From Macrostomum hystrix (Eukaryota; Animalia; Platyhelminthes), in contig CATNEN010000031.1 of the NCBI GenBank assembly GCA_950097015.1, positions 744,001 through 808,000 of the forward strand: 64,000 nucleotides of DNA, given 5' to 3'. The position numbers and the translations under genes are program-made. Positions 12,501 through 23,446 of the stretch are shown piece by piece; within the stretch, counting starts at the first letter, position 1, and every line of letters starts with the position of its first letter. Below the pieces are notes generated by a model that was not told where the DNA came from, did not search any database, and was given only the letters and a program-made list of their open reading frames with translations.

Positions 12501-14034
12501 AAGCCATAGAACAATACTTTTAAGCGAGCCCCTCAGATTTTTTGCCATGAATTGGCTCGTTTCGCGTCCCGAGGGTTTTAGTTGTCCCTGATCCGCTCCG
12601 TGAGACTGATTGTTGCACGCCCCAACTGTCTGTGGTCCAAAAGTATACAATGCCAGTGATAAACGGCTACGCGCCCTCGGTTAAAAACATTGCAGCACTC
12701 ATAGCCGTTTATTACTATATCAATGCTTTCCATAGCTGTTTCAAATTCGCCACCAGAGCACTCAAGCTGCAGTTCTAGGTGCAAACCTGAACACCGAAAC
12801 TAGCGATCAATTGAGTTTTTGGAGTTAATTGATCAATTAGATTTACCAATTAACCAATTCAAATTTGCAATTGAATAGTTTCAGCTTGAGATTCTCATTC
12901 TAAAATGCTATCACCAGATTAAAAGTGGTCACAACAGCTCATAAAATCTAGCAGCCTAAGGGGCTCACCATTTCTAAAGCATCTGATGCAGTTCCATTCA
13001 AATATGTGATGTGATAGGCAAGCTATTCCTTATCATGGCAAGCTATTCGCTGCAACATGGCTTGAAGGACACAGCTTCATTGAGTATTTGTCACCGCTCT
13101 TTATAACACTAATGAGATTTCCTTCACCAGACAATCTGCGACCTCTGTGATGCTGATTACAGTCAAGAAGTTAAGAAGTTAGTTTTCATAGGCACAGAGT
13201 GGTCACAAATACTGTAAGCTGCAAATTCGTTGCAAATACATACCTACTTCCACTTGGAGCGCTATAAAGTTTAAGAACTTATCGTGAATATTTTCTACAT
13301 TTCTTCTTAGCAGGATGAACTTGGTCATCTGAAATGAAGTGAAGTGACGGTTCAGAAGAGCTCATTCGTGTGTTTTTGCGGACTACAAGCAGACCAACCT
13401 TTGTGCAGTCAGAGTACCCGCAAATCACTCTTTGCATAATCGGGCTTCTCTCACTTGTGGTGACACCGCACTGGGTGAGTGAGCTGTCGGAGGTGTTTGA
13501 GACAGTTGCTATGCAACGGCCGCCAGTCGAGTTCAGCCCAGCAGGCATTTCGTGGCTCAGGGAAATTTCGATGCCCTCAGTTGCAGCTACAAGAAATCAC
13601 AGTAACACAGCCATATATGAGATAATATTACTAACTTTGCAACAGTAGATGCACTGCTCAGTCTCTGAGAACTCACTCGTCTCAGACCTGCCGTACACAG
13701 TGACCGAAAGCACACGCATGGGGCGAGTGAGTTGCATCAGCAGCCATTGGTAGCCGAATCCGTTTGTAGCTCCGAGTGCAGCTCGATCGAGGAAGCACCT
13801 TGATCCATGATCGGAAGACTGCCAGGGCTGAGCCACTTCTTTTTTCGTGATTTTGAATCGCCTAGAATCAACACTTTCATCTTCTGCACTTGCCCGTGTG
13901 TCTGAAAGGAACAAAATTAGTACAAGGGATAGATACAAATTCCAGATGCTTTTATTTGAAGGAATGGAAAACTTACTCAATTCAAATGCGATGAGAGCAG
14001 CGAAGACGGCGCACAACACCTTAAGCAGAGCCAT
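6568..14034 (-). CDS. Receptor gene A: signal peptide, lectin-like (F5/8C-like) domain, >=3 Ig-like domains, TM, ITIM+ITSM tail
   Basis: SP exon 14034-13977 (MALLKVLCAVFAALIAFEL); exon 13901-13677 (...GYQWLLMQLTRPMRVLSVTVYG); Ig half-exons near 10370-10220, 10000-9850, 9520-9385, 9300-9100; TM exon 8959-8685 (GAFFASFGSLLALGLVFGVVLVSVNCIFL); terminal exon 6699-6568 STPPVEYATVVKG...TETIYLTIVGHLD...*. Phases match at the SP, lectin, TM and terminal exons; exons at 13.2-12.7 kb and ~9.7 kb unresolved. Confidence 0.75.
6799..7025. repeat. Copy of a ~300-400 bp dispersed intronic repeat (others at ~19430-19760, 30420-30760 inverted, 41375-41697, 53530-53735, 59575-59897, partial ~56270-56315)
   Basis: Shared core GTACACTGCCTGACGATGAGAAAGTCAGGGCAGATGTAC...GAATTGCCTC, usually with GGTCCCTGAGCTCGA. 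Confidence 0.85.
7154..8268. repeat. 17-bp G-rich minisatellite (GCTGGGGTTGTAGCCTA), ~65 copies, fused to a SINE 5' end
   Basis: Direct repeats; the last unit runs into the SINE head GGTTGTAGCCTAGT. Confidence 0.97.
8256..8550 (+). mobile_element. tRNA-derived SINE (degenerate head)
   Basis: A-box-like TAGCCTAGT, B-box-like GGTTCGATGCC, central block GCAAAGCACTTAACTCTG...CACCCAGCTGTTAAATGGGTACC, (ATT)n tail; homologous to 25778-26075. Confidence 0.85.
10497..11290. mobile_element. Cluster of nested non-autonomous MITE-like elements with (TA)CCATAGAC termini
   Basis: Long inverted repeat ~10524-10620 vs ~10778-10870; repeated CCATAGAC/GTCTATGG ends, mostly flanked by TA. Confidence 0.7.
11363..12645. 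mobile_element. MITE with ~40-bp imperfect TIRs (TACTTTTGGACCATAGAC...GGGCGTGCA) hosting the THAP element
   Basis: Inverted similarity between 11363-11401 and ~12606-12645. Confidence 0.7.
11455..12590 (-). mobile_element. Internally deleted DNA transposon with ~95-bp TIRs, 9-bp TSD (ATCCGCTCC) and a THAP zinc-finger remnant
   Basis: TIRs begin CAGGGACAACTAAAACCCTCGGGACGCG; TSD at 11446-11454 and 12591-12599; minus-strand MPRKCSVFPCSSNY...IFAFPRDPQERERWRKAL...ICCHY matches the THAP signature; no catalytic domain seen. Confidence 0.8.
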
Positions 14035-14296
14035 GCTGCCGAGGCTGAAGGTGCGAGCCGCTGTTCAGGAATGTAATCGCTTAACTGCGGTTTTCAGTGA
14101 GATGAGCTCGAAGAAACGTGTGCCATTTAAGAATATGGCAATTGTATTTAACCCTGAGTCTCCAGCATTCGCCATTGGTGGAATGGATTAGCGTCAATTT
14201 TTCTTGCAGTTTCGTAGTTTCGTAGTTTGCGTAGTTTTCGTACCGGCTTACTTCCGGTTTGTAAGCCGACCAAGCGTGCATAAGTGGCGATCATTT

Positions 14297-14346
14297 GCTA
14301 CTGCTACTACTACTAATACTACGACGACTACTACTACTACTTCTTT

Positions 14347-14411
<65 letters not shown>

Positions 14412-14412
14412 T

Positions 14413-14461
<49 letters not shown>

Positions 14462-14600
14462 GCTACTGCTACTGGTTCTACTACTACTAGTATTCAAGTA
14501 TTCTACTACTACTACTACTCTACTACTCAACTACTACTACTGCTACTACTGCTACTACTGCTACTACTACTATAACAACTAGTTCTACTAATAGTACTAC
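14297..14600. repeat. (CTA)n microsatellite ~260 bp upstream of the gene A start codon
   Basis: Long imperfect CTA tract. Confidence 0.97.
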
Positions 14601-15499
14601 TACGAAAGTAAGTAAGAATGACTGTTTTATTTGAATCTGTTTAGGCAAGGCATAATGTTATGTATTTCGAATTGCCTACGGCAAATTATCAGCATGCAAG
14701 AATCTCAAGACTAAAAAAGCACTTCAACTTTCATACATTAATAGATTAGCATCACTTAACTTTTTCGCACTGTGAATCAAACATTCCGCTTCAAATTCGA
14801 AGACACAATGCGCCCTTTTAGAACAGCATTGACGTTGATACGCGAAATGGCAACGATACTTTTAAACATAATAATTTACGCACTTGACTGCTAGTGTATG
14901 CAGCAAAAAATCTAGCCTGTTAAAATACTCCAGGTCTACTCAAACAGTAATATTCGCTGCTTTACGGGGTAATCTTTTACGGACTCATGCTCATAGCTCA
15001 AAGAAGCAATAAAAATCTGACCGTAGTTTTTTTAAAGTGCACTTTTCTAGGATAATTGTAGGAACCGTAAGAACAAAGCACCAGTACGAACATCAACGGA
15101 CACTGATAGCTGTGCAGGAGTATTCAAAGTGTTAGTGTTAACAAAAATGTCATGCAACACAAGAGTACTCTAGATAGTGAAAACACCTAGATGCTCAGAT
15201 ATGCCGGTGTTAATCGAGAATATAGATCAAGAGTATCTTGCTCATTAATTACTTTTTAAGTTACACAATAATCACAGCTAAAATTAGTAGTGAGAAGTAG
15301 TATAAACTATGTTTTGCTCCCTCATGTCTTCGATTTTGCATTCATGCTACAGGTACTTTGACTTTTTAACTGGCTGCATCAGGTATAGTGTTGGGATGAC
15401 TTTATATTCCGGGCTAATGTCAAGTAACTCATCGCAGGCTTGCAGATGTCAACGAGGACAATCGAAAGTCCTCTTCGTCAGTTCCTTGTTAATTCTCTG

Positions 15500-15850
15500 T
15501 GCCTTTACTTCATTCCTCTTCTTCTTTTTCTTCTCCTGATGCTTATGCTCCTCCTTTCTTTTTCCTCCTTCCTCTTTTCTTCCTCTCCTTCTTCTCCTCT
15601 ACTTCTCCTTCCTCTCCTCCTTCCTCTCCTCCTTCCTCTCCTCCTTCCTCTCCTCCTTCCTCTCCTCCTTCCTCTCCTCCTTCCTCTCCTCCTTCCTCTC
15701 CTCCTTCCTCTCCTCCTTCCTCTCCTCCTTCCTCTCCTCCTTCCTCTCCTCTAATCCTCCTTCCTCTCCTCTAATCCTCCTTCCTCTCCTCTAATCCTCC
15801 TTCCTCTCCTCTAATCCTCCTTCCTCTCCTCTAATCCTCCTTCCTCCTCC
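15500..15850. repeat. Polypyrimidine tract / 12-bp CCTTCCTCTCCT repeat
   Basis: Near-pure C/T strand. Confidence 0.95.
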
Positions 15851-17250
15851 TTTGGATTTGGACTGAAGCTTCTGGGCTCGGGCGGCAACTGAAATATTTC
15901 CCAGTTCAGAATGTGCAACGTCAATGCACTAATTAAGGAACGACAAAGACAATGTTCGAGCGTAAGACTTACACTGGGCTCTGAAAATGAGCTCATATTC
16001 CGGAGTCGAGCACTTGTGAACGTCTTTTCAATTGAAGCATACGTTTCCATCTTAAATGCCGATTTATAAACTTCAATGCACTCTTGCGCTAAAAGGCTAG
16101 ATCCAAAAATATCTGTATATCTTATTATCTATCTGAAAGATAACACAAGGTAAAAAAGAATAATTAGAACCGGCTCACGGGCAAGTAGGAACCGTCTTCA
16201 GCTAGATAAGTGTCAACAGTACTGCTTTCATTTAGTCCTGTCTAAAATTTGCGAATTATAATCAAAGCCTTTGAATCCTAGATGTTAATTTTTGCATATT
16301 AATTCGCAGTTCAAATGCCAATAAAATCTTACCATTAAAATCCTCCCAGTTCTGTCGGGAACTATCTAAAAATAATATTTTGTCATGAATGTTTTGGTAG
16401 GCAAAACTACCAACTGCTTGAATTGCAGCCCATCACAAGAAGTACCATGTACCATGATTCACATGTATTATGTTATATTTTCCATAATGTATATGTTGTT
16501 CTGCATACCATGATTTACATGTACCATGTTCTATTTACCATGATATAAATGTACTAGGCTCTATGTACATAATGTAAATGTACATGTTCTACATATCATG
16601 ATGTACATGTACATGCAAATCGTGATGATTGCTACTTATCAGTAGACAAGCAGGTTAGGAAACAAGTGAACTCAAGCAAAGTGGCTTGAGATTGGCACCA
16701 ACACGCACTGAGCTACAGGACATAACTATTGCACGTCAGGGATGCAAAATTTTTCACCCATTATCATGTCCACAGTCCAGTTAAAACACTTCCATCAAAC
16801 TGATTTGAATCGCTCGCCTAGGGGCTTGCCAGTCCCTAAGAGCTTACATAGGCCTCGTTGTCAGCTGTTACAGAACTCCGATCAGCAGTGCTAGGCCTTT
16901 CTCGTAAGGCACAGTCTGAAATGCAGGCATATGAAACAGAGCCACATAAAATGGTCCAGGGCGACTACTAGATGCACAATGTTGGCATACCGTTGTGTTT
17001 TTCTCAAATATTCCAGCTGTCAAAGTCTCCTCATCGTACTCAGTCTGAAGTGCCAAAAAGCTTGCGATAATGGTTCTGATCAACCGAAACTGAAATCTAG
17101 AAGCACAGCTTTGAGTGACTTACGTTTGGATCCCTATTAGCAGTCCCATGCGCCTGCGGCAGGGTGTTTTCCTCCTCGTATACCGTCTGAAATGTTACAA
17201 TGCTTTTTAGCATATACAACTCAAGCATTGAGTCTGGCATCGTTGTAGGG

Positions 17251-17764
17251 CAGGGGTAGGCAAACTTATTTGCTGGCGGGCCAAAGAGAGAGCCCAAAAG
17301 ACGACAGCGGGCCGCATTGACTGTATAAATATGAGATAGGGGAGAGATTAGACACGGGAGAGATTAGACACGGGAGAGATTAGACACAGGAGAGATTAGA
17401 CACGGGAGAGATTAGACACGGGAGAAATTAGACACGGGAGAGATTAGACACGGGAGAGATTAGACACAGGAGAGATTAGACACGGGAGAGATTAGACACG
17501 GGAGAGATTAGACACGGGAGAGATTAGACACGGGAGAAATTAGACACGGGAGAGATTAGACACGGGAGAGATTAGACACGAGTGAGATTAGACACGGGAG
17601 AAATTAGACACGGGAGAGATTAGACACGGGAGAGATTAGATACAGGAGAGATGAGACGCGAGAGAGATGAAACAGGACACTGTAGATGTCAGAAGGGGCA
17701 ACGGGCCGATTTGGGAGCTTCGAGGGCCGCATCTGGCCCGCGGGCCGGAGTTTGCCGACCCCTG
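17251..17764. mobile_element. hAT (Charlie-like) MITE carrying an internal 16-bp minisatellite (TTAGACACGGGAGAGA, ~17340-17670)
   Basis: TIRs CAGGGGTAGGCAAACT / AGTTTGCCGACCCCTG; 8-bp TSD TTGTAGGG at 17243-17250 and 17765-17772; GGGCCGC subterminal motifs. Confidence 0.92.
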
Positions 17765-18610
17765 TTGTAGGGGGTGGTAGAGGATTTACAAAAGTTATAA
17801 TTTGAACCCCTGAGAAAAAAATTACATTAGGATCTCTCGCTGCGGGCTGCACTAGATTCTCCTCCTCGTAGTAGATAGTCTGAAAAGTGAAGAGCTACGT
17901 GTTTGGCAGCCATAAAGGCAGTCTATGTTTGTTCATGTAATTCAGTACTAACGTTGGGATCTCTCTCGGGATAAAGCTGAACTCCCGCCGACTGATCCTT
18001 AGCTTCCTGCTCAGTAGCAGCTGAAGAACCAGTCCGCTTCAGCAGCCCGATTGCGACGACGACTATGACAACACTGGTGACGGTCACAGCAATGATGGCA
18101 ATAATCAGCCTATCAGTACTAATACCAACAGGGACAGGGGAGTGGGTGTTTTGAATATCCCGAATGCCTCCGTTTGATCCTTTCAGAATGTAATCTGGAT
18201 GATGAACTAGCTTTGAAAAATGCTTCTTGATATATTCCTCAAAGCAAGAAATATTCACCGACTGTTCATGCTTAGGCAGTTGAACAGGGAACGAGTGCAG
18301 GCCTTTAGAAAGCGCGCTGCGTCTCAGCAGTGCCTGCAAATGAAACTAGCCAAATACCATTTCAGAATAAGAAAATGTCTTGCAAAAAGCTTAATGTTGT
18401 ATTAGCGAGTGGAATTTTCGGCAAATACTAACGTTCTGCTGAGCTCCAGATCCCACGAGCACTGAGCAGCTCAAATTCGGTGCGGGATTACCATTTGTCA
18501 CATTGATGCTCACGTTCATTGTTCCATCAGTTTGGAAATGTCCCGAAATGCTCACAGTCGATTCGACTAAAATGAAAGCAGGTCTAATTAGGCGACATTT
18601 AGCAGCGAAT

Positions 18611-18832
18611 CGGAATGCAGAGGAAGAGGTTTCATATTTTTCCATGTGGAAGGCAATAATTAGAGTCTTATAAAACTCTAGGTGTTATTGTTATGGTGTT
18701 ATGGTCAGTCAGAAAGCAACTGAGGTCCTCAAAATTGATTGTCTAGCCTATTTTCTCTTCTATTCGCTTCGAGATTTTAGCTACGGATCAGGAAATAATG
18801 CTAAGAGTTAAAGTGAAATTTCTGTGCAGTTT
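18611..18832. repeat. ~220-bp near-identical inverted duplication, paired with 24772-24992
   Basis: Reverse complement alignment by eye shows only 1-2 differences. Confidence 0.92.
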
Positions 18833-20176
18833 CCCAAAACCTCGTGCGCCTTTCCAGCTCCTAATTAATAATTACGAGAAGCAGCAAACTTACAGCGAAC
18901 TGAAATTCGCATCTGAAAGTGCTCATCCAGATCAGGGAAGCCAGCTTGTGCAACGCGACAAGACACGAATTCGTTGTTCATCTCTCTCTTGGATGCCAAG
19001 CTGAAGTTGGTAACAATCAGCGACTCGGTTTCGGATGCATTAGCAACCAGTTTTGTGTTAGATGTGCTGAGCCAACAGCTATGCTTGGGCTTTGGCTTTC
19101 CACCAACTGAGCTCACTGAGACAGTTAGCAACCAGTTTTGTGTTGGATGTGCTGAGCCAACAGCTATGCTTGGGCTTTGGCTTTCCACCAACTGAGCTCA
19201 CTGAGACAGTTAGCAACTCGCCCTCCTTCACGGCTAGCGATGACACCACAGTGCTGGGACCCTCTTACAGAAAACAGAGAGCGTTTTATTCGCCCAGGAG
19301 TGCAGGCTATCGTCCTGATAGAGCTGGCATGCCAGCTGCCGGTTATTGTACTCTCTGCGCGAGGTCAGCGCAAACATCAATCCACATGAGGATTCTGTTA
19401 CCTGACAAAAATATTTTTTTGGTGTGACTTCATGCGGCGAGGCCACATTCACTTGGGATGCAGCCCCGAAGAGAAGGCTTGAGGGCATGGCTTCGGCTTG
19501 TAATTTAGACTTATGGCGGGCCAACCCCCCAAGACCCAGAGAGGGTGACGACGAGAAATTCAGGGCAGATGTACACACCTGTGTGAGTGTGTACCTGCGT
19601 TACGCGTTTGAATGCGTGTGAGAGCAGTGGTCAGCGGAATGGACAGAATTGCCTCCCCGTTGGTTGCCAGTGTAGCTAAATAACTTGAATGCGTGTGAGA
19701 GCAGTGGTCAGCGGAATGGACAGAATTGCCTCCCCGTTGGTTGCCAGTGTAGCTAAATAACTAATCAGTGCCCACTACTCCCCGAATATCATATAGAGAG
19801 CTCCATACACCTACATTGTCCGCGGACACTCGAGAGTTGCCAAGCCAGCATGTGTAATTGCTAACTGCGGGTCTTCCTCCAGTCGATATGAGTGTCACTT
19901 CGATGCTTTTGCCTTCAATCACGCCACCTGGCGGACTGATGATCATGTAGCTCCACGCGACGTCTGGAAATTGAATGGCTTTTGGTTGCTGAGCAGCGTT
20001 TAATTCAAAATAAACCAGTAAGACAGACTTGTACCTACAATTAACAGTGATATTGATGACTGTGCTGCTGCTGTACGTCTTAGAATAAAGAAAAAGGAGG
20101 CGTGTTTGCACGGCCGTGCAGTTCAGCCTCGTGTCGCGCCAATCCGGTATGAATCTCAGCTTTGTCGAGTACGTAT

Positions 20177-23100
20177 ACCCCTGTATATCTTAGGGTGTTA
20201 TATCCCACCGGAAAATTCTAAATACTACAAAGAAGATATATGGGAGGAGATTAAATATCTCATCCAGCTCTTCTCAAGAGAGGGCTCCGTATTAACAGTA
20301 GGTGACTTCAATGCACGAACTGGCACATTACAGCCCAGCACTAGGGATAAGTTTCCCAGACAGAATCAGGACTCTGAGAAAAACAAGCATGGATTAAGAC
20401 TGATGGAAATGTGCTCCGAGACCAAGAGCACGATTCTGAACGGAATGACTCAGGGTGACATTATGGGAAATTACACGTTTAGTAGCACACTAGGCCGAAG
20501 TACCATAGACTACGCTATTGTATCCATGGATAAAGTGGATATTATAAAAGACTTCTTTATTCATCCTCAAAGCTTTCTGTCCAGACATTGCCCGCTAACA
20601 GTCACTCTGATTTTTCCTGATCATGTCCAACCCGAACACGCAAACCAGGAAAAACATGAATCCTTCCCAATGCCTCCAAGATGGGACACTGAAACGCAGG
20701 GAAGTTACATTGAGGCATTGAATAACAAACAAAGCGAAGAAATAATTAGAAAGTTGCAATCTATCGACGCACACGATGGAAAATCCCTGGAAAATTTGTT
20801 CTCGAGCTTGACCAACCTGCTTAGAGACTCAGTGGCAGAAAGCTGCGCAAAGACAATCATTCCGAACAAGTTCTGGACAAATCGAGACGAGACACTAAGA
20901 AACTTGAGCAAATCATTAAAGTACGTGGCCAGGAAAAAAAGACGTAGACCAACTGACAGCGCGCTGGCATCAGAATATAATGGGCTAGCGAAAAAATACA
21001 AACAACAGCTCAAGAAACTTAAGCAGATGGACATAAATGACTGCATTCAGAAAATGGCGGCTAACGGAACCTCAAAGGGATTCTGGTCCGGTCTTAGAAA
21101 AGCAGAAGAGTTGCTGTTCCCCAGCAGGAGACTTAACAGACCTCAAGCCCCAATCGCTGACATCGCGGACAACCTAACCAAAGTGTTTAACGCACATCCT
21201 TCTTTGGGAACCCAGCCGCATCGCACAGATGAAGCAGTTAGTCCCGAAGATTTAATTAGCTGCGTAGATCTCGATAGAGCAGTTAAAAAGCTAAAGAGAA
21301 GAAAGGCTGCAGGAATAGATGGTATAACAAATGAGCACATTATCTACGGACAAGAGAAGCTAAAACCCGTACTTCTGAAGCTTTTTAACGCAAGCGTAAG
21401 ACTCGGCCAGACTCCTGCACAGTGGTCAAATGCCCTAATCACACCGATTTATAAAAAGGGTTCCCGTAGTGACCCCAAAAACTACAGACCCATAAGCGTG
21501 CTGCCTGCCCTGGCTCGCCTGTTTGCCTCACTTATCTATGAAAAGCTAGAAACTCATATTCGCACCCTCGACTTGCTTTCAGCCAGTCAAATAGGAAATA
21601 GAAAGGGCTACCGAACTTCAGACCACATTGCCACTCTCTTGACGTTGATCCACAACAAAAAGCGTCGCAAAAGGCCATTTCACTTAGTGTTCTTTGACTT
21701 AAAAAGCGCATTTGACATGGTCCACCATCCAACACTTTTCCAACGACTTAGGGAGTTAAAGGTCAGCCCAGAAATAATCGAAGCAATACAAAGCATGTAC
21801 TCAGGAGCTAAATTCCAACTGAAGATCTCAGATGGCCAAGCAACTAAGGCAAGGAGCATAACAAATGGAGTAAGACAAGGCTGTCCCCTATCCCCTCTAC
21901 TCTTCTCACTCTATATAGATCCTTTGAGCACAATGCTAAGGGATTCATTTCGCAGCGACACCTTCATTAAAGATGAACAAATCAACAACTTGCTATACTG
22001 CGATGATTTAGTGATCTTTGGAGAGAATCCTCGAGAGTTGCAGAAGGGCCTCGATAAAGTGTCAGAATTTTGTCAGAGCCACAAGCTAGAAATCAATATG
22101 CAAAAAACTAAGGTTATTAGCTGTTGCCCTGACCCATCAAAGACGGCTAACAAACTATTTCTGCAGGGACAACTGTTAGATAGCGTCAAAGAATGGAAAT
22201 ATCTTGGCTTTCACATCAATGCTAAAGGAACCGTGGATTCCCATGCCACAGAGATTAACAAAAAATGTGGATATCCTATTCTTCTCTTAAGGAAATTAGC
22301 CAGCCATGGGGCGGTCAGATACAACCAGCTCATGCTGTACTGCACAGCAATGATAGAAAGCATAGCTCTGTACGCCTCTGAGGCCTGGGGGGCTTTTGTC
22401 TCGTGGAACCTGGGTCCTTGGGACCGCTGTCTTTTTGAAAGAGTAAACATCAGGTGCTGTAAAGCCATACTACAAGTCAGCCAAAATACGGATGGCAACG
22501 GGGCCCGCTCGGAGTTAGGCAGATTGCCTTTATTATACAACATCCAGAAAAGAAGCATTTCGTACTGGGCCTCCATAACAAGCCGGCCGGACTCCATAAT
22601 TTCCAAGTTATTGGCGGACCAAACATACAGTGATGTTGGAATCAAAGCAAAGACCAACAATGACGTTATGCTGAACTGCAGAGGCATTAGTCCTGCAAAA
22701 GCAATTGGAAACCACAGGAAAAATTTCGTTTCTCAGTTCGATACCCATTGGAGACAAAGGACACAGAACTCAAGCAAGCTAAGTCACTTCTATTACTCCT
22801 TCAAGCAATATTATTCAGCCGAAAAATATTTACAACAAATATACAACCCGGAGTGGAGACGTACCATAGCCTCGTTTAGACTAGGAAACCATAAGCTAGC
22901 TTGCGAAACATTGCGAACTGCGAGACCGAAAATTCCGTATGTTAATAGATTATGTAGTAAGTGCAAAACAGAAGTTGAAAACGAGGTCCACTTCCTTTTT
23001 AAGTGCACTTGGAATAAATATAGCGCAGCACGTTCGAAATTTGAGACGGAAGTTTCTGGGAAAACCCCCAATTTCATATCCTTAACAGCAGAAGAAAAAT

Positions 23101-23446
23101 CTAACTACATAATGGCTCAAGACGATAGGGAAACCGCTGAAGCTTTAGCAAAATACATCATAGAAATATCTAAAATAAGGGAACAGCTGCCCTGAGACTA
23201 CGAGATCTTACTAGCATTCAACAATAGATATTTCATATTTTGTTTTATCCCTGCCGTCCCTTGTGTTTTTACTGCTCTTATTTTTAATACCTTTGCTTTC
23301 CCTTCCCAGCTCGATATTTGATTCCTACTAAACTTCGCTTTTTATGTTGCTTTTCGCTGTTCATTTAAATGTGTTGTTAAAAAAAATATAAAAAAAAAAA
23401 ATCAGCACCCATAGATGGCGTGCGCGTTTTAATAATAATAATAATA
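20177..23446 (+). mobile_element. 5'-truncated non-LTR retrotransposon: partial APE, RT, C-terminal CCHC; ORF to 23195; (TAA)n tail; 6-bp TSD ACGTAT
   Basis: VGDFNAR, TIDY and SRHCP (APE); YRPISVL, FDLKSAFD, GVRQGCPLSPLLF, YCDD (RT); CSKC...HFLFKC; TSD at 20171-20176 and 23447-23452. The first ~24 codons of ORF 20106 are antisense host exon. Clade uncertain (RTE-X/Proto2-like). Confidence 0.95.

Noticed and set aside
14204-14582. Poly-T/poly-L/poly-S ORFs
   Set aside because: Translations of the (CTA)n microsatellite.
15440-15774. PSSP/LLP-repeat ORFs resembling extensin or mucin
   Set aside because: Translations of the polypyrimidine repeat.
20106-20176. Apparent N-terminus of the LINE ORF
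   Set aside because: Lies outside the TSD; it is the antisense strand of the host Ig exon.
20705-23077. Minus-strand ORFs inside the LINE (also 62078-63013)
   Set aside because: Antisense shadows of the RT ORF.
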